From IMG/VR virus record IMGVR_UViG_3300008261_000005: a DNA stretch of 64,000 bases, one strand, 5' to 3'. Below the pieces are notes generated by a model. That model had not been told where the DNA came from. It did not search any database and saw only the letters and a program-made list of their open reading frames with translations. Shown here piece by piece: positions 27,164 through 35,658 of the stretch. Each line of letters starts with the position of its first letter. Within the stretch, counting starts at the first letter, position 1. The position numbers and the translations under genes were made by a program. Source of the DNA: a virus.

Positions 27164-27612
27164 TTAAAGACTTTATAAAGAAAATTACTGGAATTAAAGC
27201 AATTGAAGATGCAACAGCAATGGCAAAAGCTGAGGCGGCAGTTGCTCAAAAGTTAACAGAACAAAAATTAAAAGAAGCCGCAGACGCAGAAGCCAAAGCA
27301 GAGCTTGCCAAATTGACTCCAAAAGAACGTGCTACACGTAAAGGCGAACCTTGGGTTTCCGTTTTGGATACTCATGTAAACAAAGATAATGTAAGAAACG
27401 GCTTTTTTGAGCTTGACTGGAACGCTGCTTTTGTAGTACAATTAAAGCAAGAAGGATATGGTTATGACGGTGATCCAGATGAAGAAATTGTGGATCGCTG
27501 GTTTAGAGACTTAGCTCGTAACATATTAAGCGATGAAGGTCAGGATGCTTCTAGAGGTGCTGGCTACATTAACGTAAGTAAACTTGCAGACGGAAAAGCA
27601 GAGGTAAAATGA
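27160..27612 (+). CDS. hypothetical protein
   Basis: 150 aa; GEPWV...GFFELDWN...EEIVDRWF. Confidence 0.6.
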   Translation: MIKDFIKKITGIKAIEDATAMAKAEAAVAQKLTEQKLKEAADAEAKAELAKLTPKERATRKGEPWVSVLDTHVNKDNVRNGFFELDWNAAFVVQLKQEGYGYDGDPDEEIVDRWFRDLARNILSDEGQDASRGAGYINVSKLADGKAEVK

Positions 27613-28610
27613 AATATATTTTAGTTGATACAGCAAATACGTTCTTTAGAGCGAGACATGTGATTAATGGAAGTGCTGATATCAAACTAGGTATGGCATT
27701 CCACATTACTCTCAACAGTATTAAAAAGGCTTGGAATGACTTTGGTGGCGATCACGTAGTGTTCTGCCTCGAGGGTCGTAGCTGGCGCAAAGATCATTAT
27801 CCTCCGTACAAACGTAACCGTAGCGAGGCACGTGCCGCACATACTGAAAAAGAAGCTGAAGAAGAAACAGTATTTTGGGAAGCGTTTGATACATTTAAAA
27901 CGTTTATTGCAGAAAAAACAAACTGTACAGTTTTACAACATCAGCAATTAGAAGCAGACGATTTGATTGCTGGCTTCATACAAAGTCATCCAAATGATGA
28001 TCATATTATCATTTCAACAGATACAGATTTCGTACAATTGATTGCACCCAATGTAAAACAATACAACGGTGTAATGGAAACTATTATTACGCACGAAGGC
28101 ATATTTGATGCTAAAGGTAAGCGTGTAGTTGATAAGAAAACACAAGAGCATAAAGAAATTCCAAATCCAGAATGGTTACTATTCCAAAAATGTATTCGTG
28201 GTGACCCCACTGATAATGTGTTTAGTGCGTATCCTAAGGTGCGTGTAAACAAACTACAAGAAGCATACAATGATCGAAAAGACAAGGGCTTCGCGTGGAA
28301 CAATATGATGTTGCAACGTTGGGTTGACCATAATGGCGAAGAACATCGTGTACTAGAAGACTATGAACGAAATCGTGTACTGATCGATTTGTCTGCACAA
28401 CCTAAAGAAATTCGAACAATAATTAACGAAACAATCGACACACAAGCAGTTCCTAAATCTATTGATCAAGTAGGTATTAGACTGCTAAAGTTCTGCAATT
28501 TGTATGATTTGAAGAAAATTACTGACAACATTACACAATATGCAGAACCATTCCAATCACGTTACCCTGAGTCAGCGGTAACATGGCGTAAATTACAACA
28601 GGAGAAATAA
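27609..28610 (+). CDS. rnh: 5'-3' exonuclease / T4-type RNase H
   Basis: LVDTAN, EADDLI, STDTDFVQL, GDPTDNV (FEN/PIN-family acidic motifs). Confidence 0.88.
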   Translation: MKYILVDTANTFFRARHVINGSADIKLGMAFHITLNSIKKAWNDFGGDHVVFCLEGRSWRKDHYPPYKRNRSEARAAHTEKEAEEETVFWEAFDTFKTFIAEKTNCTVLQHQQLEADDLIAGFIQSHPNDDHIIISTDTDFVQLIAPNVKQYNGVMETIITHEGIFDAKGKRVVDKKTQEHKEIPNPEWLLFQKCIRGDPTDNVFSAYPKVRVNKLQEAYNDRKDKGFAWNNMMLQRWVDHNGEEHRVLEDYERNRVLIDLSAQPKEIRTIINETIDTQAVPKSIDQVGIRLLKFCNLYDLKKITDNITQYAEPFQSRYPESAVTWRKLQQEK

Positions 28611-28611
28611 A

Positions 28612-28803
28612 ATGGCAAAACTAAGCAAACTAGCAAAAGTAAATGAATCAATTACAATCAACCGTTACGACAATGGTTGGATGGTAGAAGTTGGCGGTCG
28701 TGATAATGACAACGAATGGAAAAATTCTAAGATTGTATGCAATACAGAAGAAGAAGTACTTGCTGTAGTTAAAGAGTACAACGCAATGGAATTAGATAAT
28801 TAA
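28612..28803 (+). CDS. small hypothetical protein
   Basis: 63 aa after an AGGAG RBS. Confidence 0.6.
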   Translation: MAKLSKLAKVNESITINRYDNGWMVEVGGRDNDNEWKNSKIVCNTEEEVLAVVKEYNAMELDN

Positions 28804-28814
28804 GGAGTTATCAA

Positions 28815-29480
28815 ATGGCTATTTGGAAACTATCTCCACAATATAAAAAATCGGCCGTAGAAAAAATGTTTTTCTACAAAGAAGGTAAGGTCATCACTAT
28901 TGAGCAAGGATATCGCTGGGCTACATTTACTGTAGAATCTGACGAACAACCGCTTACCAATGATGAACTCAAAAACGAAGACGGTTACGAATTAAGCTGT
29001 ATTGATAACGATGAATCGTGGGAAATGTGGGATATGATTGACGGATGCTGGTGCGATATCGAAGATGGTAACGGCAAAGCATCTGAGGAAGATGTTGAAG
29101 AATTTATCACAGCGTGGGAAGAAGATTCTTTTGATGGTGTGGAAAATTTAGGTTGGCAGTGTGACGATACAGAGTACTATTACTATGGTCCATTGGAACT
29201 TACCAATGAAGATACTGGTGAAGTATTTAAAGGTGAGCCTGACGAAGATGCACCAGTTGCAAACGAAACATTAGAAGAAGCATCAGAAGAATTTCATGAA
29301 GAACCCGAAGTTACTGATTGGTTTCCAGTAAGCATTAATCCAGCAAGACAGGGGGCATATCAAGTAACATCAAGCAACATTCCAAATTGGCCGTTTCCAA
29401 GTTATGCACAATGGGACGGCGTTCAATGGAGTGACGAACATGTAGTCTCATGGAGAGGACTTTTAAAGGAGCCTGAATGA
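28815..29480 (+). CDS. highly acidic hypothetical protein with C-terminal DUF551-like segment
   Basis: TAAGGAG RBS; D/E-rich; TDWFP...P...G-x-Y...WDG...WRGL tail. Confidence 0.6.
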   Translation: MAIWKLSPQYKKSAVEKMFFYKEGKVITIEQGYRWATFTVESDEQPLTNDELKNEDGYELSCIDNDESWEMWDMIDGCWCDIEDGNGKASEEDVEEFITAWEEDSFDGVENLGWQCDDTEYYYYGPLELTNEDTGEVFKGEPDEDAPVANETLEEASEEFHEEPEVTDWFPVSINPARQGAYQVTSSNIPNWPFPSYAQWDGVQWSDEHVVSWRGLLKEPE

Positions 29481-29656
29481 TTACTAGAGAAAAACTAGAG
29501 CATCACATTGCACATTTGCAGGAAAAACATGACATCCTTGATGAACAAATTACTAAGTTAGAAGCGCATCATGAAAACGTGACTGATCTTAAAAAAGAAA
29601 AGTTACACCTCAAAGATGAAATTGAGAAATTTAAAGTTAAGGTAAAAATCATATGA
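29477..29656 (+). CDS. DUF465/YdcH-like coiled-coil protein (not in ORF track)
   Basis: Hand translation MITREKLEHHIAHLQEKHDILDEQITKLEAHHENVTDLKKEKLHLKDEIEKFKVKVKII; LKKEKLHLKDEI is the DUF465 signature; ATGA overlaps at both ends. Confidence 0.75.
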   Translation: MITREKLEHHIAHLQEKHDILDEQITKLEAHHENVTDLKKEKLHLKDEIEKFKVKVKII

Positions 29657-30126
29657 CAGATCTTCATGCTAAGCCAATCGTAGATGGCAAGCTGTGGGTA
29701 GTTGAACAAGACGGCGAACGTGTTGGGACTCTACATAAAAACGAAAACAACAAATATATGTTGAGTGCTAAAAACGGTGAACTTTACTTTAGTAAAAAAT
29801 CAGAAATTACAAAGAAATTTGGTGATAACTTTTTCTTAAAAGGAATTAAGACAACTGTTTCACATAGTAATGAAAATGAGTGTCACGGTTATCCAACTAA
29901 ATGGAAACCGTACAACTCAATGTATGATGTTAGACGCAAGCTACCCTTGTTTACTAAAAGTAATCAAAGTAAAAGTTTATTTTGTGCTGGTCATTATGTA
30001 ATTAAATTTCCTAAAAATTGGGTACGTAGTTTTTGTCCAAAATTAATTACTATTGAACGTTATGAGTTTTCAGGTCCATACTTAACTGAAGAAGAATCTA
30101 AAGAGGTATTGGCAAATGTCAAATAA
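29653..30126 (+). CDS. hypothetical protein
   Basis: 157 aa; LPLFTKS...FCAG...CPKLIT. Confidence 0.6.
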   Translation: MTDLHAKPIVDGKLWVVEQDGERVGTLHKNENNKYMLSAKNGELYFSKKSEITKKFGDNFFLKGIKTTVSHSNENECHGYPTKWKPYNSMYDVRRKLPLFTKSNQSKSLFCAGHYVIKFPKNWVRSFCPKLITIERYEFSGPYLTEEESKEVLANVK

Positions 30127-30358
30127 TCCAATTAATACAATACCTTTACAGCAATTCATTCAACAAGTAAAAATGGCTGATATGAGCCAGCAAAAAGAAG
30201 TAAAACTGGACATTAGGACTGCTAAATTGCTAGCATTCACTCTTGGCGAAGTAACTAGTAAGCTAACGCAAGATTATGAAAATCTTTTACACATTTTAAA
30301 GCAATCTACCAACGATACCGTCACTGTTGAGCTTGACGGGGGCGGTTTTAAAGACTAG
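30116..30358 (+). CDS. hypothetical protein
   Basis: 80 aa helical ORF in operon. Confidence 0.55.
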   Translation: MSNNPINTIPLQQFIQQVKMADMSQQKEVKLDIRTAKLLAFTLGEVTSKLTQDYENLLHILKQSTNDTVTVELDGGGFKD

Positions 30359-30366
30359 TTATAGGA

Positions 30367-30401
30367 TAAATATATGCGTATATTTGAGGAACGCATATAT
30401 G
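30367..30401 (+). promoter_or_regulatory. late promoter core overlapping an RBS/start-codon-sequestering hairpin
   Basis: TAAATA at 30367-30372; 10-bp inverted repeat atatatgcgt / acgcatatat with GAGGA in the loop and the ATG in the 3' arm. Confidence 0.6.
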
Positions 30402-30683
30402 AGTCGACCAAAACCAAAGGTACTGTTAGAGCATGTTAATAAGAAAAATTACAAATGTGAACAGGTTTTAGAAGCTGATGCCATCTGGGCTGTCTTCTAT
30501 AAAGGTGCACCTTTTAATTTAAAGAGCTTTAGCAATATTACAAGTTATCCAGGTCCTAAGTACAAGAAAGTTGCATTTAGTAATCCAGGCCATGCTATTA
30601 ATTTGGCAAAAAAATTGAACTTAACTTTTGGATGCAGTGATTTCCAAGTAACAGTTCTAACAACTGGTCAAGTATTGAAATGA
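30399..30683 (+). CDS. hypothetical protein
   Basis: MSRPKPKVLL...GPKYKKVAFSNPGHA; ATG after GAGGA. Confidence 0.65.
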   Translation: MSRPKPKVLLEHVNKKNYKCEQVLEADAIWAVFYKGAPFNLKSFSNITSYPGPKYKKVAFSNPGHAINLAKKLNLTFGCSDFQVTVLTTGQVLK

Positions 30684-31069
30684 TCAATTCACTGGCCTAC
30701 ACTAAGATTTTTTTAAAAGAACAAGAAAAATCCTTAGATGAAGCTAATGTAAAAATACATCACAGAATGTGGTGGCAAAACACTAGAACAAAAGACAAAG
30801 GCGGCTTACGCCTTACTGATGCTGGATACGAACATGTAACATCAGTCTTAGACTTAAAAGAATACGAAATCCCTTTCACTGAGCATGTGGAGCTAAGTCC
30901 ACAAACGATCATATTTTTTGATCAATTTATCGATTGTCCGTACTATCTGACCAATCAGAGTATAACCGTTTTTTCCGAGAAAAAAGCGTTCGAACTAATG
31001 TTGTTTTCGGACGACATCCGCAAGTACGGACTTATAAAAGCCATTAATTCACGAAAAGAATCTGAGTGA
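30680..31069 (+). CDS. hypothetical protein
   Basis: 129 aa; GGLRLTDAGY...CPYYL. Confidence 0.6.
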   Translation: MINSLAYTKIFLKEQEKSLDEANVKIHHRMWWQNTRTKDKGGLRLTDAGYEHVTSVLDLKEYEIPFTEHVELSPQTIIFFDQFIDCPYYLTNQSITVFSEKKAFELMLFSDDIRKYGLIKAINSRKESE

Positions 31070-31085
31070 TTTAACCAATTTCCTA

Positions 31086-31114
31086 TTGACTTTGTTGTGG
31101 AATTGCCGTATAAT
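31086..31114 (+). promoter_or_regulatory. sigma70-type promoter
   Basis: TTGACT-17-TATAAT. Confidence 0.8.
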
Positions 31115-31165
31115 ACATACATAGACAGTTAAACAACAACCCTCAACTTAAGATTGGAACATTAA

Positions 31166-32257
31166 ATGAGCGAGATTATTTCACGTACAGTTGGCCCAAA
31201 AGCAGCCAAAAAAGCTATTAGCAAAGGATTTGCAAAACGGCGTCCTTTGTTCCTATGGGGTCCTCCCGGTATTGGTAAATCCGATATTGTCAAGCAACTT
31301 GGCGAAGATATGGACGCTCATGTAATTGACGTTCGTTTGTCACTTTGGGAACCTACTGATATTAAAGGTATTCCATATTTTGATTCAAACGCTAACACAA
31401 TGGTTTGGGCTCCCCCAGGCGAATTGCCTAGCAAAGAGTTTGCTAAAAATCACAAACAAATTATCCTGTTCATGGATGAAATGAACTCTGCTCCGCCAGC
31501 AGTACAAGCGGCAGCTTATCAACTTATTTTGAATCGTAAAGTTGGTACTTACGAACTTCCAGATAACGTTCTCATTGTTGCGGCGGGTAATCGCGAAGCA
31601 GATAAGGGTGTAACTTATCGTATGCCCGCTCCGTTGGCTAATCGCTTCTTGCATTTGGAAATGCGTGTAGACTGGGAAGACTACAGTTTTTGGGCTACAG
31701 AAAATCGTATTCATAAAGACGTTGTTGGCTTTTTGACATTCTCTAAAAAGGACTTGTACGATTTTGATCCAAAAAGTTCAAGTCGTGCATTTGCTACTCC
31801 ACGTAGCTGGACATTTGTAAGCGAATTGCTTGAAGATGACGATACTGATGAAAACACACTGACTGACTTGATCTCTGGAGCAGTTGGTGAAGGCCTTGCT
31901 ATTAAGTTTATGGCGCACCGCAAGGTTGCTAGCAAGATGCCAAATCCAACTGATATTTTGACTGGCAAAGTTAAAAAGATGGATTCAAAAGAGATTTCTG
32001 CAATGTATTCATTAGCTGTTAGTTTGTGCTATGAACTTAAAGATTCTAGCGACAAGAATGCTAAAAATTGGAACGATCAAGTTAACTGTTTCTTTGAATT
32101 CATTATGAATAACTTTGAAACTGAATTGGTTATTATGAGTACTAAACTTGCTCTTACCCAATACAATTTGCCTCTGGATCCGGATGAGATTAAATGCTTT
32201 GATGATTTCCATGCCAAATTTGGTAAGTATATTTCGGCTGCAACGGAAAAACGTTAA
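31166..32257 (+). CDS. MoxR-like AAA+ ATPase
   Basis: GPPGIGKS, FMDEMN, AAGNR, ANRF, TPRSW. Confidence 0.85.
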   Translation: MSEIISRTVGPKAAKKAISKGFAKRRPLFLWGPPGIGKSDIVKQLGEDMDAHVIDVRLSLWEPTDIKGIPYFDSNANTMVWAPPGELPSKEFAKNHKQIILFMDEMNSAPPAVQAAAYQLILNRKVGTYELPDNVLIVAAGNREADKGVTYRMPAPLANRFLHLEMRVDWEDYSFWATENRIHKDVVGFLTFSKKDLYDFDPKSSSRAFATPRSWTFVSELLEDDDTDENTLTDLISGAVGEGLAIKFMAHRKVASKMPNPTDILTGKVKKMDSKEISAMYSLAVSLCYELKDSSDKNAKNWNDQVNCFFEFIMNNFETELVIMSTKLALTQYNLPLDPDEIKCFDDFHAKFGKYISAATEKR

Positions 32258-32267
32258 AATAAACCGA

Positions 32268-32296
32268 TTGACACCGCCTTCGGGCGGTGTTATAAT
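32268..32296 (+). promoter_or_regulatory. sigma70-type promoter whose spacer is a cUUCGg hairpin
   Basis: TTGACA-17-TATAAT; acaccgcc-ttcg-ggcggtgt spans 32271-32290. Confidence 0.8.
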
Positions 32297-32324
32297 ATAT
32301 ACTATAGCAACTTAGGAGCAGAAC

Positions 32325-33503
32325 ATGCAACACAGTCTAGACCCCGTAGTAGACAAAATTATCGTAGCTCGTGTGGGCTTACTTCTTCGCCATCCATTTT
32401 TTGGAAATATGGCAACACGCCTTAAGGTTGTAGACGCCAGCGACTGGTGTAAAACTGCGGCAACTGATGGTCGCAATCTATTTTACAGTCGTTCGTTTTT
32501 TGAAACCCTCACTACTAAGCAAGTAGAGTTTGTCGTTGCACACGAAATTCTTCATAACGTTTTTGACCATATGGGCCGACGTGAAGGACGCGATGCACGT
32601 ATTTTTAATATTGCCGCAGACTATTGTGTTAACGGACAATTGATTCGTGACCGTATTGGAGAACAGCCTCCAGAAATTAAAATCTTTCATGATCCAAAAC
32701 ATTATGGTAAGAGTGCAGAACAAGTATATGACGAGATTTATGACAGCATGGACGAACAAGAACTTGCCGCATTAGGCGAGTTACTTGACGAACATATTGA
32801 CTGGGAAAAAGATCCTAAAGACGGAGAAAGCCGTCCGCAATATACAAAAGAAGAACTTAAACAAATCCGTGATGAAATCCGTGAAGCTACTATGCAGGCT
32901 GCAAATGCGGCTGGTGCAGGTAATACCCCGGCCAATATTGCACGTATGATTAAGGAACTTACAGAACCTAAAATGAATTGGCGTGAACTGTTGCGTCAAC
33001 AAATTCAAAGTTTAATTAAAAACGATTACACTTTTGCACGTCCAAGTCGCAAAGGTCAAATGTCAGGTGCTATTTTGCCTGGTATGAAATTTGACGAAAC
33101 AATTGATGTTGCTATTGCTATTGACATGAGTGGTTCTATTGGAGATGATCAAGCAAAAGACTTTATTAGTGAAGTCAAAGGCATTATGGACGAGTACAAA
33201 GACTATAAAATTAAATTATGGTGTTTTGATACCAAAGTATATAACGAACAAGACTTTGACGGATACAGCGGTGAAGATATTCTCAATTACGAAGTTAAAG
33301 GCGGCGGCGGCACAGACTTTGATGCCAATTGGGAATACATGAAGAAATACGATATCAATCCTAAAAAGTTTATCATGTTTACTGATGGATATCCTTGGGA
33401 CTCATGGGGTGATGAAAATTACTGCGATACGCTATTCATTATTCACGGAAATGATTCTATTGTTCCACCATTTGGTTCTCACGCTTATTACGAGTTTAAA
33501 TAA
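32325..33503 (+). CDS. metallopeptidase-like (HExxH) plus VWA-domain protein (DUF2201-type)
   Basis: TAATDG, HEILH, MIDAS motif DMSGS, GGGTDF, FTDG. Confidence 0.85.
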   Translation: MQHSLDPVVDKIIVARVGLLLRHPFFGNMATRLKVVDASDWCKTAATDGRNLFYSRSFFETLTTKQVEFVVAHEILHNVFDHMGRREGRDARIFNIAADYCVNGQLIRDRIGEQPPEIKIFHDPKHYGKSAEQVYDEIYDSMDEQELAALGELLDEHIDWEKDPKDGESRPQYTKEELKQIRDEIREATMQAANAAGAGNTPANIARMIKELTEPKMNWRELLRQQIQSLIKNDYTFARPSRKGQMSGAILPGMKFDETIDVAIAIDMSGSIGDDQAKDFISEVKGIMDEYKDYKIKLWCFDTKVYNEQDFDGYSGEDILNYEVKGGGGTDFDANWEYMKKYDINPKKFIMFTDGYPWDSWGDENYCDTLFIIHGNDSIVPPFGSHAYYEFK

Positions 33504-33512
33504 GAGAGTGAG

Positions 33513-33791
33513 ATGGCAATAAAAAATGGTAAACCAAATCCTCTAAATTTGTTGGATCTAAGGAGAGTGGACTTTCCCGCTCACCATTTCTATTACATGA
33601 CTGTACCCAAGTACAATCCCACTTATGTAAAAACAATAGATAGTTGGATCTTCAATAACTTGAACGGCAGATATTATGTTGGGCAAGGTATTGAGCTAGA
33701 TTCAACTAACTCTATCATCTATGTCACAAAAGTTGGATTTGAGCAAGAAAAAGAGATTAGTTTTTTCTTGCTCGCATATTCAAATCTGTAA
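33513..33791 (+). CDS. hypothetical protein
   Basis: 92 aa ORF in operon. Confidence 0.55.
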   Translation: MAIKNGKPNPLNLLDLRRVDFPAHHFYYMTVPKYNPTYVKTIDSWIFNNLNGRYYVGQGIELDSTNSIIYVTKVGFEQEKEISFFLLAYSNL

Positions 33792-33815
33792 CTCCTAAAA
33801 TATAATACGGCTATA

Positions 33816-33848
33816 TAATAACGACATCACAATGTCGTTATTAAGGAG
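33816..33848 (+). promoter_or_regulatory. 12-bp hairpin overlapping an RBS
   Basis: taataacgacat-caca-atgtcgttatta; the 3' arm overlaps TAAGGAG. Confidence 0.5.
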
Positions 33849-33853
33849 ATACT

Positions 33854-34084
33854 ATGACTGAACAAACTAAAGAACAAGTCCAGGAAACTGCGCCAGAAAC
33901 CGCACAAGCACCTGACAACGATTTAACAATTAATGATCTAAACTCTATGAAGCAGATCATCGACATCGCAAGTTCACGCGGTGCATTTAAGGCAAACGAA
34001 ATGGAAGCTGTTGGTAAGGTTTATAATAAATTATCAAACTTCTTAGCTCAAGTAGCCGCAAAAGGACAACAAACAAATGGTTGA
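33854..34084 (+). CDS. hypothetical protein
   Basis: 76 aa; IDIASSRGAFKANE; TAAGGAG RBS. Confidence 0.65.
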   Translation: MTEQTKEQVQETAPETAQAPDNDLTINDLNSMKQIIDIASSRGAFKANEMEAVGKVYNKLSNFLAQVAAKGQQTNG

Positions 34085-34682
34085 TTTAAAACACGTAGCT
34101 AGGTTTATTGATTCTGGCAGAAAGTGTTTAGTAGCATATAGAACACTTCCTGGCGATGCATATAGCTGCCTAGTAATCCCAACAGAAAATTTACCAGAAT
34201 CACAACACGATGCACTTATTAGCATTGTCGAGTCTTCTGCTGCTCAATCGGCAAATGAATTTGCAGAAGTTCTTGCACGTCAGCAATTCCCAGATGGTAG
34301 CATTATGCTTGCCGCATTACACACCCAAGGTAAATTGATTAAAGTTGCAACTGATGCAATTGAAATGATTCCAAACTTTTCTGCCAAAGTAAGATTAGAT
34401 AAGTTAAACATTATCATTGCTGAACAGCGTAATGTTGCAGTTGACGATTTAGCAATCAAACCACCAGGTGGAAAATCTACTCAACTTGCTGAAGTGGTAG
34501 AGATTGCAACAGTAAATGAAGTTCCATCAGTTGCTCCAAAGGTTGATGCTACTGCGCCGGTTGAAGGAGATACGCCAGAGATCGTTGCCAAACGTTATCG
34601 CAGTCAAGCAGATAAGTTGGCAAAAGAAGCTGCACAATTTCGTAGACTAGCAGAGGACTTGGTACCGACTAAGAAAAAATGA
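34077..34682 (+). CDS. hypothetical protein
   Basis: 201 aa; YRTLPGD...FPDGSIML. Confidence 0.6.
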   Translation: MVDLKHVARFIDSGRKCLVAYRTLPGDAYSCLVIPTENLPESQHDALISIVESSAAQSANEFAEVLARQQFPDGSIMLAALHTQGKLIKVATDAIEMIPNFSAKVRLDKLNIIIAEQRNVAVDDLAIKPPGGKSTQLAEVVEIATVNEVPSVAPKVDATAPVEGDTPEIVAKRYRSQADKLAKEAAQFRRLAEDLVPTKKK

Positions 34683-34993
34683 CATCCAAGAAACTTTCAA
34701 AGGATGTTATTGAACGATGGCCCGAAGTATTTGAAGGGATACAGTTAAATGTAGTTCCCTTAAAATACTTACACTCTATTCAGATACATTTTAAAGATAA
34801 GAAGACCTGGGACATTGATATTTCTTCTAAAAAAGAAGAAATGACTTGGCAAGATGTTGAGAAAAATATTCACGAATTATTTGCACAATATCAAGACGAA
34901 ATTGAAAATGTAGATTTTAAACTTAATACTGAAAAATTAAAAAGTGATATAATCCAAGGTACTTCAAAATTCCTTAAGAAAAGAAAATTATAA
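34679..34993 (+). CDS. hypothetical protein
   Basis: 104 aa; WPEVF...VPLKYL. Confidence 0.6.
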   Translation: MTSKKLSKDVIERWPEVFEGIQLNVVPLKYLHSIQIHFKDKKTWDIDISSKKEEMTWQDVEKNIHELFAQYQDEIENVDFKLNTEKLKSDIIQGTSKFLKKRKL

Positions 34994-35658
34994 TGAAAGT
35001 TAAATTAATATCATCAAGTAAAGCCAGTAGAGAAATGGTAAATGAAGGTATTTACGATGCACAAGAGCTTATTGCCTTTTGTGCAAGAGTAAGTAACCCA
35101 GCTAATCAATTCAATACAGAAACTAGTGAGAAATTAATCAACTATCTAATCAAGCATCAACATTGGAGTCCGCTCGAAATGGTAAGTGCTTGTTTAGAAA
35201 TTGAAACCACACGTGATATTGCAAGGCAAATTTTAAGACACCGTAGTTTTAGTTTCCAAGAGTTCAGTCAACGCTATGCGGATCCTACTAAAGACTTGGA
35301 CTTTGTCATACGTGAGGCACGTCTGCAAGATACAACAAATCGTCAAAATTCTGTTGTAACTGATGACGTTGAATTGCAAGCGTGGTGGGATGCCAAGCAA
35401 AAGTTTATTATTGAAACTGTTAAACAAACATACGCAGAAGCTATTTCTAAAGGTATTGCTAAAGAACAGGCTCGTGCTATTTTACCAGAAGGTAATACAG
35501 TAAGTCGCTTGTACATGAACGGTACTTTGCGTAGTTGGATTCACTTTATTGAATTGCGAAGTGCAAACGGCACACAGTTAGAACATCAGCTGGTTGCTCG
35601 CGAGTGCGGACGAGTCATTGCAGAAGTGTTTCCAATGGCATCAAACCATATTAATTAG
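34993..35658 (+). CDS. thyX: flavin-dependent thymidylate synthase
   Basis: CARVS, HWSPLE, RQILRHRSFSFQEFSQRY (RHRx7S), EQARAILP, QLEH. Confidence 0.95.
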   Translation: MKVKLISSSKASREMVNEGIYDAQELIAFCARVSNPANQFNTETSEKLINYLIKHQHWSPLEMVSACLEIETTRDIARQILRHRSFSFQEFSQRYADPTKDLDFVIREARLQDTTNRQNSVVTDDVELQAWWDAKQKFIIETVKQTYAEAISKGIAKEQARAILPEGNTVSRLYMNGTLRSWIHFIELRSANGTQLEHQLVARECGRVIAEVFPMASNHIN

